A stretch of 56,094 nt of DNA, counting the filler, from Callorhinchus milii (lineage: Eukaryota): NCBI RefSeq assembly GCF_018977255.1. It is 2 parts of 2 records of this genome, joined end to end, with 100 filler letters (N's around TTAATTAATTAA, not from the genome) between each part and the next. Parts side by side here need not be neighbours in the genome. Positions count along the whole stretch, not along the records: positions 1 to 28,003 come from NW_024705679.1; 1 more part is not named here. One strand, given 5' to 3'. Each line of letters begins with the position of its first letter. Position 1 is the stretch's first letter. The notes under the pieces are model-generated. The model saw only the letters and a list, made by a program, of their open reading frames with translations, was not told the DNA's origin and did no database searches. Positions 1-13,043 of this stretch are shown here, piece after piece. The position numbers and the translations under genes are program-made.

Positions 1-220
1 AATTCCATTCCCAGTCACTCCGCCTCACCCCCTCCTTAGCCTCCTTCAGTCCCATCTCAACACCCTCCTCTTCGACCATACCATCGGCCACCCCCCTACC
101 CCTCTCCTCCCCTCTCCCCCCCGACCCCAGCTCGGGTCTGAAATGCTGTCACTGTCCAGCGCCTTGGGACATCCTCCCGACGGGAAAGGCGCTATACAAA
201 TGTAATCCTGTTGTTGTTGT

Positions 221-532
221 TAATAATAATAATTCTTGCATTTGATATCGCGCTTTTCATGTTTTCTCGACATCCCAAAGCACTTCACAGAATATACTGT
301 AAAGTGAATTGACTGCATATCTGTGGGTGAACGCGGCAGCCAATTGCACACAACAATATCCCACAAACAGTCATGGATTGAAAATGACCAATTTATTATT
401 GTGTTTTTTGAGGGATTATTATCAGGTGTGTGGCGTAAGGAAACTCTCCTAAGGTTTCCCGCTGCCTGGAATTGAACTCAGGTCTCTCACTTGCAAAGCG
501 AGTGCTCTAACCACTGAGCTACAGGACTCCAC
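221..532 (-). mobile_element. tRNA-derived SINE copy
   Basis: Reverse complement of the same head, body and tail. Confidence 0.85.
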
Positions 533-1112
533 AATGAGACATTGAACCGAAGCCCTACTGCACGTGTTCAGGTGGATCCTTTGTGGCAAAATCAGTCATT
601 TACTTTACGTCTGTTTGAGGGACTTCATTAATTGGCTGTTTACTGCCCACAAAATACACAGTCATTCCACTTCACATTGTATCCTGTGAAGCTTTGACAT
701 GTCTCGATGGGACGTCCTCCTGACGTGAAAGGTGCTATATAAGTGCAAGTTCTTGTTGTTGATGTGATCAGACGGCCACCCTATGAAATGCATTATTAAC
801 TTACTGCAGCTACATCTGGACAAGATGGAAGCCATCCTCCTTGGCTCCGTCAACACCTCCTCATCGCACACTGTTCCACATCTTCCACCTTTCCACCCAC
901 TAACTGCCCCACTGTAGTGGTGTCACTCACCTCCTCACTGAGCTCCATGTGAGGAGTGAGCTGTGTCTGGAGAGCTGACTTGGGCACCTTCTGTGTGTGT
1001 TCCCCATTGGGGAGAGCCTCGGTCTATCTCACAGCCTCACGGCCACTGTGGGACCTGTGTGTGGTTACCGGGTATCTGTGGATTGTGCAGTGATGACCAC
1101 AGATGTTCCTTT

Positions 1113-1470
1113 TCAGTTCAGTGGTTAGAGCACTCGCTTCGCAAGTGAGAGGACCTGGTTTCAATTCCCAGACATGACGAACCTCGGGCAAGTTTCCTGA
1201 CTGCACACACACGCGCTTCTGTTTACCTCACAGTAAGTAGGAACCTGATGGTTAGTCGATTGGGGATCGCTTTCCAGGGGTAATAATCCGTTCAAATATA
1301 ATAATGCGTAACTCAATCCACAACTGTTGTGGACATTGCTGTGCGCAATTGGCTGCTGTGTTTCGCTAACAAAGTGTACCGTCAATTAATTTTACAGTAT
1401 GTTCTGTGAAGTGTTTGAGACGTCTCAATGACGTGATAAGGCATATATCAAATGCAATGATTATTATTAC
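1113..1470 (+). mobile_element. tRNA-derived SINE copy
   Basis: Same family consensus blocks. Confidence 0.85.
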
Positions 1471-1799
1471 TATTTTCAATAATTTTGTTGTTGTTCAAAC
1501 ACTTTATCATCAAATTCTACAGTGAAACATCCAGAGATTTCGGCCATTTTAATTCTGAAACATGACTACTGATCCGCTTCACATGTGAGTTTGTTGCAAA
1601 TACTGTTTGTGTGAACCACACAGTAACGTGTGATATATAACACTGTGAGTGGCAATCCCACACAGAGTCTCAGCCACAGAGACAGCACCATACTGCCCGC
1701 CACAGTGAGCCACAACAACAACACATTACATTTACACCGCCCTTTCACATCGGGAGGACGTCCCTCGGCGCTCGACAAGAGGGGTTTGCACCCAAACGG

Positions 1800-2115
1800 G
1801 TTTATAACAACATCAGGACATAAGAATTTGCTCAGTGAAAGAAGACCCGGGTCCATCTGGTTTGCCTTCCACCATCCGGGCAGTGCGTCCCAAACTATAT
1901 ACTGTATCTGTGTGTGTGTCCATATGCTGTAACCCTGAGATATTATTTATATCGGTATCTAATGGCTCCTTGTAGTCCAGTCCCCCCATCCTCTCACTCA
2001 CTCTGATTGTCCTCCTCTGTAGCCTCTCAATCACTGCAATATCCTTCTTATATTGCGGTGACCAGAACTGCACACAGTATTCCAAGTGCGGTCGCACCAC
2101 TGACTGATAAAGTGT
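1800..2115 (-). mobile_element. CR1 LINE fragment
   Basis: LYQSVVRPHLEYCVQFWSPQYKKDI..ERLQRR. Confidence 0.85.
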
Positions 2116-2367
2116 GAAGATTACCTGACAATTTTGGCTCAATGTTGCCCTGACAATACAGCCCATGTGGTTTGCCTCACTGACTGCCCCGAGCCCTTGT
2201 GGTTGGGATCAGGAGGGTGGAGGGGAGGGAGGGTGGAGGGGGGAAGATGGCTGAAGGCCCTTTGGAAAAGGAAGGTCTTGAGATGGGGCTTCAAGAGGCT
2301 GAGAGTCCCAGAGGGTGGGGGCAGAGAGGCTGAAGGCCATAGTGGAGCAGAGAGGGCAGTGAGATGA

Positions 2368-2960
2368 GGGACACGTGAGTCGTGGGGAGCACGTGACGGG
2401 GCGCGTGAGGTCATGGGGAGCACGTGACGGGGCGCGTGAGTCATGGGAGCACGTGACGGGGCGCGTGAGGTTGTGAGGCAGTGACGGGGCGTGAGGTCAT
2501 GGGAGCACGTGACGGGGCGCGTGAAGGTCATGGGGAGCACGTGACGGGGCGCATGAGGTCATGGGAGCACGTGATGGGCCGTGAGGTCGTGGGGAGCACG
2601 TGACGGGCGCGTGAGGTCGTGGGGAGCACGTGACGTGGGTCGTGAGTCATGGGAGCACGTGATGGGCACGTGAGGTCGTGGGAGCACGTGATGGGCACGT
2701 GAGGTCATGAAGTCATGGGGAGCACGTGACGGGGCGCGTGACGTCGTGAAGTCATGGGGAGCACGTGACGTCATGAGGAGTATGTGACGTGATGGGGAGC
2801 ACATGACATCAAGGGGAGCACGTGACAGGGCACGTGACGTCATGGGGAGCATGTGACGTGATGGGACACGTGAGTATGGGAGCACGTGACGTCATGGGGA
2901 GCACGTGACAGGTCGCATGAGGTTGTGAGGTCATGGGGAGGAGGTGACGGGTCACGTGAC
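2368..2960. repeat. About 30-bp GC-rich minisatellite (GGGAGCACGTGACGGGGCGCGTGAGGTCAT)
   Basis: Visible tandem units with about 20 CACGTG. Confidence 0.92.
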
Positions 2961-3084
2961 GGTGCCGCCCGCGCGGGGAACGTTGGAAAAGTGACGGTTG
3001 GAAAAGGCGGGAGTCGGGGCACGGGGTCTCCCGAGCCGCTCAGCAGGGGCGGACCAGTGAGAGGATGGGCTGAGGAGATGCGCT

Positions 3085-4220
3085 GGAGAGGGGAAGGAGA
3101 AAAGAGAGGGGAGAGAGAGAGGAGATACAGAGAGAGGGAGGAGGGATTAGAGAGAGGAGAGAAAGATACAGAGAAGGAGGAGTAAGAGAGAAGAGAAACA
3201 GAGGGAGAAAAAAATGATAGGAAAAGTAGGAAGAGAGAAATGAGAGAGAGGGGGAGAGGGAGAAAAAAGAGAGAAAAGGGAGAGTGAAAGAGGAGAGAGA
3301 GGGGGAAAGAGAAAAAGAAAGAGAGAGGGAGAGAGTGAGGGAGAAAACACAGAGAGAAAGTGAGAGAGAAAAATAACGGTCAAAAAGCGACGGTTGGAAA
3401 AGGCGGGAACGGGAACCCGCGGGGTCTCCCACAGCGCTCAGCAGGGGCGGGCACAGGGCGGGGCAGAGAGAGAGAGAGAGAGGAAATAACAGAGGGAGAG
3501 AGAGAGAGAGATAGTGAGGGAGAAAGAGAAGAGAGGGACAGAGAAACGACAGAGAAAAAGATAGTGAAGGAGAAAGATAGAGAGAAAAAGAGAGAGAAAC
3601 TACAGAGTAAAAGAGAGAGAGAGAAACAGAGAAAAAGAGAGGGAGAAAGGGATAGAGAGAGGAAAAGAGGGAGAGAGAAACTACAGAGAAAAAGATAGTG
3701 AAGGAGAAAGAGGGAGAAAGAGAAGAGAGGGAGAGAGAAACTACAGCGAAAAAGAGAGAGAAAGAGAGGGAGAGAGAATATAGAAGAAGAATAGACAGGA
3801 AAAAAAGGAGGGAGAGAGGAAATACAGAGAAAAAGAGGGAGAAAGGGAGTGAGAAAGACGAACACAACAGAAAGTGAGTAAAGAGAAAGAGAAGGAAAGA
3901 AAGACCGAGAAAGATAGAAACAGAGAGAGTGAGAAAGGAGGAGTTGAGAGAAAAATACAGAGAAAAGGTGTGAGAGCAAAAGAGCAAAAATAGACAGAGA
4001 AAAGAGAGAGAAAGTAAGAAAGAGAGAAAGAAAATATAGAGAAAAAGAGAGAAAGAAAAAAAACAAGAAAAAGAGATAGAAAGTGAGTGAGAAAGAGGGA
4101 GAGAAAAAGATAGAGATAAACAAAAAGAAATGAGAACTAAAGAGAGAGAAACGTGGAGGAAAAAAGAGAATGAGAAGAAAAGAAGGAAAGACAGTGAGAG
4201 AGTGAAAGAGAAAGACAGAG
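3085..4220. repeat. GA-rich low-complexity tract
   Basis: Near-pure purine sequence on the + strand. Confidence 0.95.
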
Positions 4221-6689
4221 CGGTTCCAATGTACTCGGTACAATTTGTCCTTCGGAGCCCAAGTCACGGAGCCCCGACCAACGGTCACATCAGCCTCTTA
4301 GGTATCGCACCTGAAACCGCGGGATGTCACAGCTTAGATAGTGTTTGCTTTAGGGAATAACATGGGATAGAGACAGTGCGCAGGTCGTTCGGGACATGTG
4401 TGAGCGACCCCCAGGAAGGTGGGAGGTGAACGAGATGGACCTCAGTCTTTTTATCGCCCAACGTTTCTTATGTGTTATCAGCAGAAGTTGTCAATTTGGA
4501 TTCTCTCCTCAGCTCCGAGCTTCCCCCAAGCTCCTGACTGACCAGTCCTCTGCTCATCATCACTGCATCCTGACCAGACTCCACACACCGTAACAATAAC
4601 GATAATAATGATTGCCTTTGATGCAGCGCCTTAACGTGTGTTTGAGACGTCTCAATGTGCTTCAGAGGACACCCCATAGAGTGAAGTGACTGTATATTTT
4701 GTGGGAGAAACGAGGCAGCTAATTGCACACAGCAGCGTCCCACAAACAGTCATGGATTGATTGACCAAATTTATCATCTTTTGAAGGGTTTATTTCCCCC
4801 AGAAAAGCCAACCGCCCGTTGACTAACAACCGGGTTCCTACTTACTGTTCGGCAAACAGGTGTGTGGAGTAAGGAAACTTGCCCAACATTTCGCCTGCCG
4901 GCATTCATCCACCTTTAATAAATTTTGCTGACCTGGAATTCACTGTATACATATGAATGGTATTGTGCTGTCCGTGAAATCACTGGATAAGTGAACGCTG
5001 TTGTTCTTTTGCTTTACTTACAATTGATCGCATTGGTTCTTTGTAGATTTTTTTTGCAACCATCCATGTTCATCATTGCAATTTATTTGCCTTCATTTTC
5101 TTTTAAGAAAAAAGAGTTTGCTGACCGGGGTGTGGGTCAAAACCCTCTAATCCTTGGTCTTGTCGAGGCTTGTTAATTGTGCATTTCTCTTCTCTTTACC
5201 TGCAATCAATAATTCTGAATAAATAGCAACATCTCGGTTGCCTTGGCTGGGGACAAGAACGTTCTCTCTCCACTCATCCCGAAAAACCTCTGAACTTTAT
5301 CATAGAATTACTACAATACCTTGAATTTATATGGCACCTGAATGGCGGTGAAGTCTAACCCTGAGAGAGGGAGAAAAGGAGGTGACCGGAGGCACAATAA
5401 TCTTTAGGTTCAATAGCAAAATGGATAAAACGAGGCACGATGGGCGGGATTGAAGCAGGAAGTTCCAGAGATTTGGGGGCCACAGTGACTGAAAATACTG
5501 CAACATATCATAGATGATAGAGGAGAGAGCCACGTGCGGAAGGCCGGAGCCAGGAGTGCAAAGGGAAAGGGTAAAGGAATGAGCAAGTTAAAGAGTTGTG
5601 AGGGCATGAAGTGATTAATAGGGGAATCTGAGGGAAATGCTGGGGAGGTTAAGGAGGTTGGAAGCGCTTCACAGAATATACTGTAAAGCGAATATACTGT
5701 AAATTGACTGTATATTTGGGCAAAACGCAGCGGCCAATTGCCCACAACAGGTCTCTCAAACAGCCGTTGATTGAGTGAACAAATTATTTTTTGGAAAGGA
5801 TTATTAACTCTGGAAAAGCAATTTGCCAATCAACCATTGAATGCCACTGAAGTAGATCAGACATTTACATTTACTTTTATATGTCTTTAGAAGTGAAGAC
5901 AAGATAGATTCCCTCTCGACTCATAACCATCTACATTCAAGTCGTGGAAACTTTAAGAGTTGATGACAGTGAAATCAGATCCTGATTTCCAACCGGAAAG
6001 AGAAGGTACAGTAACAACACCAGTAGACAGTTATGTCAAATGGGTATTACACACCCATTTGACATAAGGTTAATTCACATAGTTTGTGGGTTCGAGTTTT
6101 CACAGCGCCAATGAGCACAAGATCCAATGTTTACAACAACAATAACAAATTCACATTAATATATGGCCTTTCATATCAAGAGGACATCCCAAGGCGCTGA
6201 CAATTGAGGGTTTTTATCTGAGCTGAGGGTTAGATTCAAGAAGGGTGTGGGACAAGGGGAGTGGGGATATATATATATATCACATATTATATTTTATATG
6301 TTACATATTTTATAATGTATTTTCCGGAATTAGGTAAACCGGATGTGTGTGTGGAGTGTCCAATGTTTCGCTGTGCCCGGGAATCAAACCCAGGTCTCTT
6401 GCTTGCGTGGTGAGTCCTCTAACCACTGAGCTACAGGACTCCACTCTAACGACAAGCAGAGATGGGGGCGGGAAGAAAGACAAAGGAAAAATTTAAGTGG
6501 AGAGCAGAAGATGATGAGATCAGAGGTATCAATTGTGCAATACAGAATAAGGCAATAGTGGAAGATTATAGAAAGAAAAGGTGTGTCTTAGACCCAGAGA
6601 TCTCAGGCACAGGCACAAAGAATGGTGATGTGTTTTGTATGTGTCAAGACTCCTGGCTGACCAAAACCAACAACAGAAATAAAATTACA

Positions 6690-7330
6690 CTTATAGAGTG
6701 CCTTTCACATAGGGAGGACGTCCCGAGGCTCTGGACAGTCAGGGATCAGGATTCAAGCATCGGGAAGGGGTGGGGAGGGTGAGGGAAGGCAGAGAAGTGG
6801 GAGGGCGACCGAAGGCACGATCGAAGAGGAGGGTCTTGAGACCAAGCTTGAAGGAGGCCAGGGAGGAAGCGAGGCCACGGGACCGTGGGATGGAGTACCA
6901 GAGTGTGGGGGCAGAGCGGCTGAAAGCCCGGCCAGCGATGGTCGGGCGGGAGACAAAGAGCAGACCGGAGACCGCTGAATGGAGTCAGCAGGTCAGAGAG
7001 GGAGGAGGGAGGGGGCAAGGCCATGGAGTTGGGCGAGGGTGAGAGTGATGGGGTTACGGAGCCCGGTGCGCCAGAGTACAGAGTTTTGGATGATCTGCCG
7101 CTTGTGAAGGGAAAAGTTGCGAAGGCCAATGAGGAAGGAGTTGCCATCATCGAGCCTTGAGGTGACGAATGCGTGGGTGGGGGTTTCGGCAGCCTGAGGG
7201 GTGAGGCAGTGGAGGAGTCTGGCAATGTTGCAGAGGTGGTGGTAGGCAATGCTGGTCATGGCGCGGATGTGGGGAGAAAGGACAGTTCAGGGACAAACCA
7301 AACACCCTGACTGGCTGAGTGAGGTTGAGG
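6690..7330 (-). mobile_element. L2-clade LINE 3' fragment
   Basis: AYHHLCNIARL..LTPQAAET..HAFVTSRLD.GNS..GL, typical of the L2 ORF2 C-terminus. Confidence 0.85.
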
Positions 7331-9419
7331 GTGTTGTTGTTGTTGTATTAAGCAGCTTATCAGAATAATGGGTAAAAAGAAAGAGAATTCATGTGTCTTA
7401 CCGCTGTGGCTGTATTGGCTACACTGTTAGATTGATGCGGTGCTGTAAGACAAAAAATACATGTTATTGGACAAAGCGGCTTTCACAGGAAAGTGTGGGT
7501 TAGAGTGAGGACCTGTTTCTTTCAGACGGACATTCTATTTTCTCACAGGAACAAAAGGGTTCATATCACAGAGATTTTCATAGTCAACATTGAGTAAATG
7601 ACAGACAAGCTGTGCTCATGGAGTTCATCTGTGTAAAGAAATTGTTTAATGTAGTGTCCAGGCACAGACGATCGGTTGACTACAAACTGGTAACTTCTGT
7701 TCTTAGTCCCTCAGTTTCCGATAAGGGGAACATACAACGGTGAAGGGTAACAGAATATGGTGAATGAACTGATCAAACCAGAAGTCCTATTTTTAAATGG
7801 GAGTGAAAATAATCTGAATGTCTGCACCCACTTCAATTTTAAACAATAAGAATAATGTTCTCAATAAAATAGTGCACATAAACATAATTTTTAGTGGACA
7901 TATAGTAATTATTCCTTATTGTAGACTGGGTATTCCATTTTGCAACCATTCCCCAATTTTGCAGGTCAGATACTGTCTTAAATCTTACGGAGAACAACAG
8001 GACCGCTGGAATCTGTCTTCTCCATGACTACTGTCAACATTACTCCTCGGCAGCTGGTAGGTACAATTATCCCAGTGAGAGATCTTTCCCTCATTCCCTC
8101 CTAAAAATAATGGATTGTTTTTGTGTTTGTATTTTTTTCTGTTGAAATTAGGGGATCGTATTTGAAGTAGTTAGTTGTTTAGCTGGAAGTGCAGCTGGAG
8201 GCAAGAGGCATGTGATGTGGCAGATGATAGCGAGAGATCAATTGTTTGACACTCTCAATGTGATAAAGAAGAATAGCAACAACACAAAAACATATATGTA
8301 CAGTAATAACTAAAAGAGAATATACTGCGCATTCCTCCGAAAGAAAGAATGACTTCTTAATTTATAGCTTATAAAAGTTTGACTGAAGGTGCCATTCCCA
8401 CATCCTTTTTCCAATCTGTTGAAATCATGTAAGTCAGTCACAGTCTTAAGAAATGTTAACGTAGATAAAATGTAGGTTATTGCTGAAATCCGTTTTGCTG
8501 CGAGTTGGAATTTTCTGTAAATGAAAATCTGTGACAGACACGTTTAAGAAAGAGCAAACATTAATTCAAGCTCTAAACACTCTGCGTGTGAATAAGATTC
8601 TCCTCAGATCCCCATTTGCTCATTTGCTCGTGAGCTTAAATTGATGCCGTTGAGTCACCAGTAGAAAACATTCCTTCCTATCGAACTGTATCAAACTCCT
8701 CATACTTTTAAAGAACTCTTATCAGATCATAGAATAATATGGAACTGAAAAAAGAAAGATTATTGACATACTGTATTAATAATACAGTGCATATAAGCCT
8801 ATTTCATAGCAGATTAAGAACATAAGTGACAGGAGCCGGAATAGGCCATTCGGCACCTCGAGCGTGTCCCGATCTTAATAAGATCTTTAATAAGATCTTT
8901 AATAAGATCACGGCTGATCAGATTGCCAAATGGGGAGATCGAAGATCATAAATGGAACCATGTGCTTCTGCTGAATCGTCTCTGTTGTCGGCTGCTTTGT
9001 AATAGTGGCTTTGATGACCTCTAACACGGTTCCTCCATGAGACTCAGATCTCACTGCCGAAGGAGTTGCAGAAGTGCTCAATCATTCCAATTCCAGGCCA
9101 GAATGCAGTGGTCTTGGCATTTATCTATCATCAGCGTTCATATCGTCAAAGCTGAGATGTTTAACTCATGGATTTCAGCTGTGTGTTTGCCTCCTCAATG
9201 GGTTGTGAGGGTCCGTTCAGCCAATACATCCAACATTTTCTCAGTGAGTGAGAATGTTGCCCATTGTTACAGAGAAGAGTCACATTACATTTGCTGCAGA
9301 GAATATAGATTCTCTGTCTCCATTACCAGCAAAAGGTTGTCCTCAAGCCATGTTGGTACAGTACGAGTCAATTCATATTGAGTTGTGGCCACTTAAGCCA
9401 TTCAAAAGAAGTGTATTAA

Positions 9420-9815
9420 AGTGCTTAAAGGAAATAGTCTTTCTACTCTATCATGTCCTTTGATGATCTTATAGGTTTCTGTAAGATCCCCTCTAATTCT
9501 TCTATATTCTAGAGAATATAGGCTCAAATTGGTCAGCCTCTCCTCGTAACACATCCCCTTCATCCCTGGTACTAACCGAGTAAATCTACGCTGCACCCCC
9601 TCCAAAGTAAGTACATCCTTCCTTAAATAAGGAGACCAAAACTGCACACAGTATTCCAGGGCCCTATACGGTAGCAGCAAGACTTCCCTACTCTAATCCT
9701 TTCATAATGAACACTAACATACCGTTCACCTTCCTAATTGGTTGCTGCACCTACAGACTAACTTTCTGTGATTGGTGTACAAGGACACTCAAGTCCTTCT
9801 GGACACTCACACATT
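9420..9815 (-). mobile_element. CR1 LINE fragment
   Basis: LEYCVQFWSPYLRKDVLTLEGVQRRFTRLVPGMKG..RRIRGDLTETYKI. Confidence 0.88.
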
Positions 9816-10397
9816 CCAATTTCTCGCTGGTTTATTATCCTCTGCTCCTGGATGGCTGCTCTCCTCGCTGTGGCTTTATCCCCACTCCGCCCTTCGCTCT
9901 CGTGCCGCTGACTGACTGACTGACTGGCTGCTCTCCATCTGTGGCTGTGTGCGAAAGACCAGTCACTGGGAGCAGGGAAACCTCCCACTCAGCTCCTGTT
10001 AACCCTGCAGCCAAAGCCCTAACTAACAGGTAGGGTGGTCCTCGCTGGGCAAGCAGTGGGAAAGTTGCCAGACAGCGCTCTCAATTCAAGCTATGTTTTT
10101 TTAGCAGCTTAGATTCCAACAGTTACCTCAGTGTACACTGGGGGTCCCCAAGCCTTGGCTCTCGCCAACCTGCGCTTAATGTTCTCCATAATGAGGTAAG
10201 CAGTTGCTTCCCTCCAGGGAGAGAGGGGACATTCCATTCCAATAAATGTCTCAGGAATTTCCATGTTTCGATGGGATGTATGAAACTAAACTCAGTTTTG
10301 TTTGGATGCTCTCAAACCAGTGATGGGTTTCCTCATGTGTCAGACAACCGTGTGATGAAAATAAAATAAATGCATCTATACTGTCTACTTTAACCAT

Positions 10398-12600
10398 TCA
10401 TAGAATCGTACAACACAAAAAGAGGCCATTCGGCCCATCGAGTCTGTGCAGCTCTTTAAATAGAGCAATTAATGTCAGTCCCACTCTCGGCCCTTTCCCC
10501 ATAACCTGCAAACCTGTCGTCCTCAAATACCCGTCCACTGCGTTTATAAAAGTAGTTATCGATTCGGCCTCGACCGCCCTTTCAGGCAATGCATTCCAGA
10601 TTCGAACAACTCGCTGCGTGAAAACACTTCTTCTCACCTCCCCTCGGCTTCTTTTAGAGACTATTTTGAATCTGTGAGTCACCGACTCACCCACCAGTGG
10701 AAACAGTTTTTGCCTTTCTAACCTAACAAATCCCCTCATGATTTTGAAGACCTCTATTAGGTCCTCTAACCTTCTCTGCTCCAATGAGAATAATCCTCAC
10801 CTCTCCAGCCTTTCCTCATAATCCTGGTCCTCATTCCTGGTACCATCCTCATCAATCTCCTCTGCACCTTTCCAATGCCTTAACATCCTTCCTACAGTGC
10901 GGTGCCCAGAACTGAGGCAGTATTCTCACTGAAGCCTAACCAGTGTTTTATATCGGTTAATCATTACCTCCTGACTCTTGTACTCTATCCCCTATTTATA
11001 AAGCCTGGTATCCCATTTGCCCCTTTTACAGCTTTATCTGCCTTTCCTGCCACCTTCAAGGATTCATTTACCTGCACTCCCATATCTCTGTGTTCCTTTA
11101 CTCCCTTAAGATTGTATTACCAGTATATTGCTCCCATCATTCTTTCTACCAAAATACATTACCTCACATTTCTCCACATTGAAACTCATCTGCCGTGTGT
11201 CGCCCACTTTACTATTCTGTCTATGTCTTCCTGCAGTCGGCTCCTATCCTTCTCACTGTTTACCCTCTCCCTAACTTTGTGTCGTCCGCAAACTTGGAAA
11301 TGGTGTTTGCTTTAACCAAGTCCAGATCATTTATGTATATTAAGAAGAGCAGTGGTCCTAATACCGATCCCTGGGGGACACCACTGTACACTTCGCTCCA
11401 GTCAGAAAATCAGCCGTTCACCACAACTCTCTGCTCTCTGTCTCCCAGTGAGTTCTGGATCCACTGCCACTGTCCCTTTTATACCAACGGCTTCTATCTT
11501 TCTTACAAGTCTTTCATGTGGCACTTTGTCAAATGCCTTTTGAAAGTCCATATGACCTACATCAACTGCACTGCCTTTTTCCACCCTCTCCGTTACCTCA
11601 TCGAACAATTCTATTAGATTTGTTAGACAAGATTTGCCTTTAACAAATCCGTGTTGGCCGTCCCTAATTAACCCATATTCTATAAATGAAGATTTATTCT
11701 GTCCCGAATTATAGTCTCCAGGAGTTTCCCCACTACTGATGTCAGGCACTGGCCTGGAGTTCCAGGTTTGTCCTTCTGCCCCTTTTTGTACAGGGAGTCA
11801 CATTGGCCACTCTTCAGTCCTCGGGCACCACTCCTGTGTCCAACGAAGAATGAACAATTGTAGCCAAAGCCTCCGCTGTTTGTACCCGTCCCTCCCATAG
11901 TAACCTCGGCTGCATCCCGTCCGGACCGGGCGACTTATCACCTTCAGCCCAGTCAACCTTTTCAGTACTTCCTCTCTGTTTATACTTATCCTATCCATTT
12001 CCTCTGCCCTCTCCTCCGATACTGCGGCATTTGGTGCATCCACTTCAAAGTACTCATTCAGAACATCAGCTGTGCCCTCTGCCTCCACAATAAGATTTCC
12101 CCCTGAGTTGTTAATTGGCCCCACCCTTCCTTTGACGAGCCGTTTTTTCTTGATATGTTTGTAAAATATTTTAGAATTCCCTTTAATGTTACCCACTAAC
12201 CTTTTTTCGCATAATCTTTTTGCCTCTTATTTCCTTTTTCAAACCTCTTCTGCACTTCCTATATTCTATTTGGTTGTCTTCTGTATCTTGGGTTTGACAT
12301 TTGTCATACGTCTCCTTTTTCTGCTTCATTCTAGATACAATTACCTTGGTCATCCAGGGAGGTTTTCCCTTTTCTGGAAATGTATTTATTCATTTGTTCT
12401 GTCCCCGAGTATCTCATCCTTGAAGACTTCCCACAGCTCTTTAGTTGTTTTACCCGCCAATCTTTCTTTCCAGTCCACCTTGGCCAAGTCCCTTTTTAAC
12501 TCACTGAAATTTGCCCTCTTCCAGTTGAATATCTTCAGCTTAGATGGTTCCTTGTCTCTTTCCATATGCACTCTGTATCTAATGATGTTATGATCAATGA
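10398..12600 (-). mobile_element. 5'-truncated, decayed CR1 LINE (ORF2/RT and 3' UTR)
   Basis: QHGFVKGKSCLTNLIELFDEVT..DFQKAFDKVPH, IFNWKRANF, DLIEVFKIMRG..WNALPE across frameshifts; ATTCTATG-type tail near 10399. Confidence 0.92.
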
Positions 12601-12695
12601 CGTTATTATTGTTGTTGAAAGATTCTATATAGACACCAGAGACAGCACAGAAGGAGGCCATTCAGTAAATCTATCTCTGGGAATTTCTATGTGTA

Positions 12696-13043
12696 GGTGG
12701 CTTTGCGCACCTCCCTCTGGAGATAGTTGGTACCCAAGAAAAACCTGCCATCGCTCACGGAGATCTGAAATCTAAAAACATTCTGGTAAAGAAGAACGAA
12801 ACCTGCAGCATTGCGGATTTAGGGCTGGGAGTAAGGCCCGATTCAGCCACAGATACTATCGATATTGCTCCAAACCACAGAGTGGGAACAAAAAGATATG
12901 TGGCTCCAGAAGTCCTCGATGATTCCATTAACATGAAACCTTTTGAATCTTTTAAAAGAGCAGATATCTATGCTATGGGTTTGGTATTCTGGAAAATTGG
13001 ACGGAGGTGTTGAATAGGTGGTACTCATGAAGATTATCAGCTG
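12696..13043 (+). pseudogene. TGFBR1: Processed pseudogene fragment of TGF-beta receptor type 1 (ALK5) kinase domain
   Basis: [102 protein letters not shown] at 13011-13013, HRD changed to HGD, no introns. Confidence 0.92.

Noticed and set aside
3040..4288. Long ORFs of 302-315 aa (also 44356-45216 and 48794-49725)
   Set aside because: Translations of GA/CT/GT microsatellites that lack stops by composition.
4513..8056. Several plus-strand AG..GT exon-like segments (about 4513-4589, 5891-6005, 7965-8056)
   Set aside because: No consistent reading frame or recognisable product; indistinguishable from chance without RNA data.
10034..10055. TCCTCGCTGG, reminiscent of the HDV ribozyme L3 loop, in the dispersed element
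   Set aside because: The flanking P3/P1/P2 pairings of an HDV-like fold could not be built.
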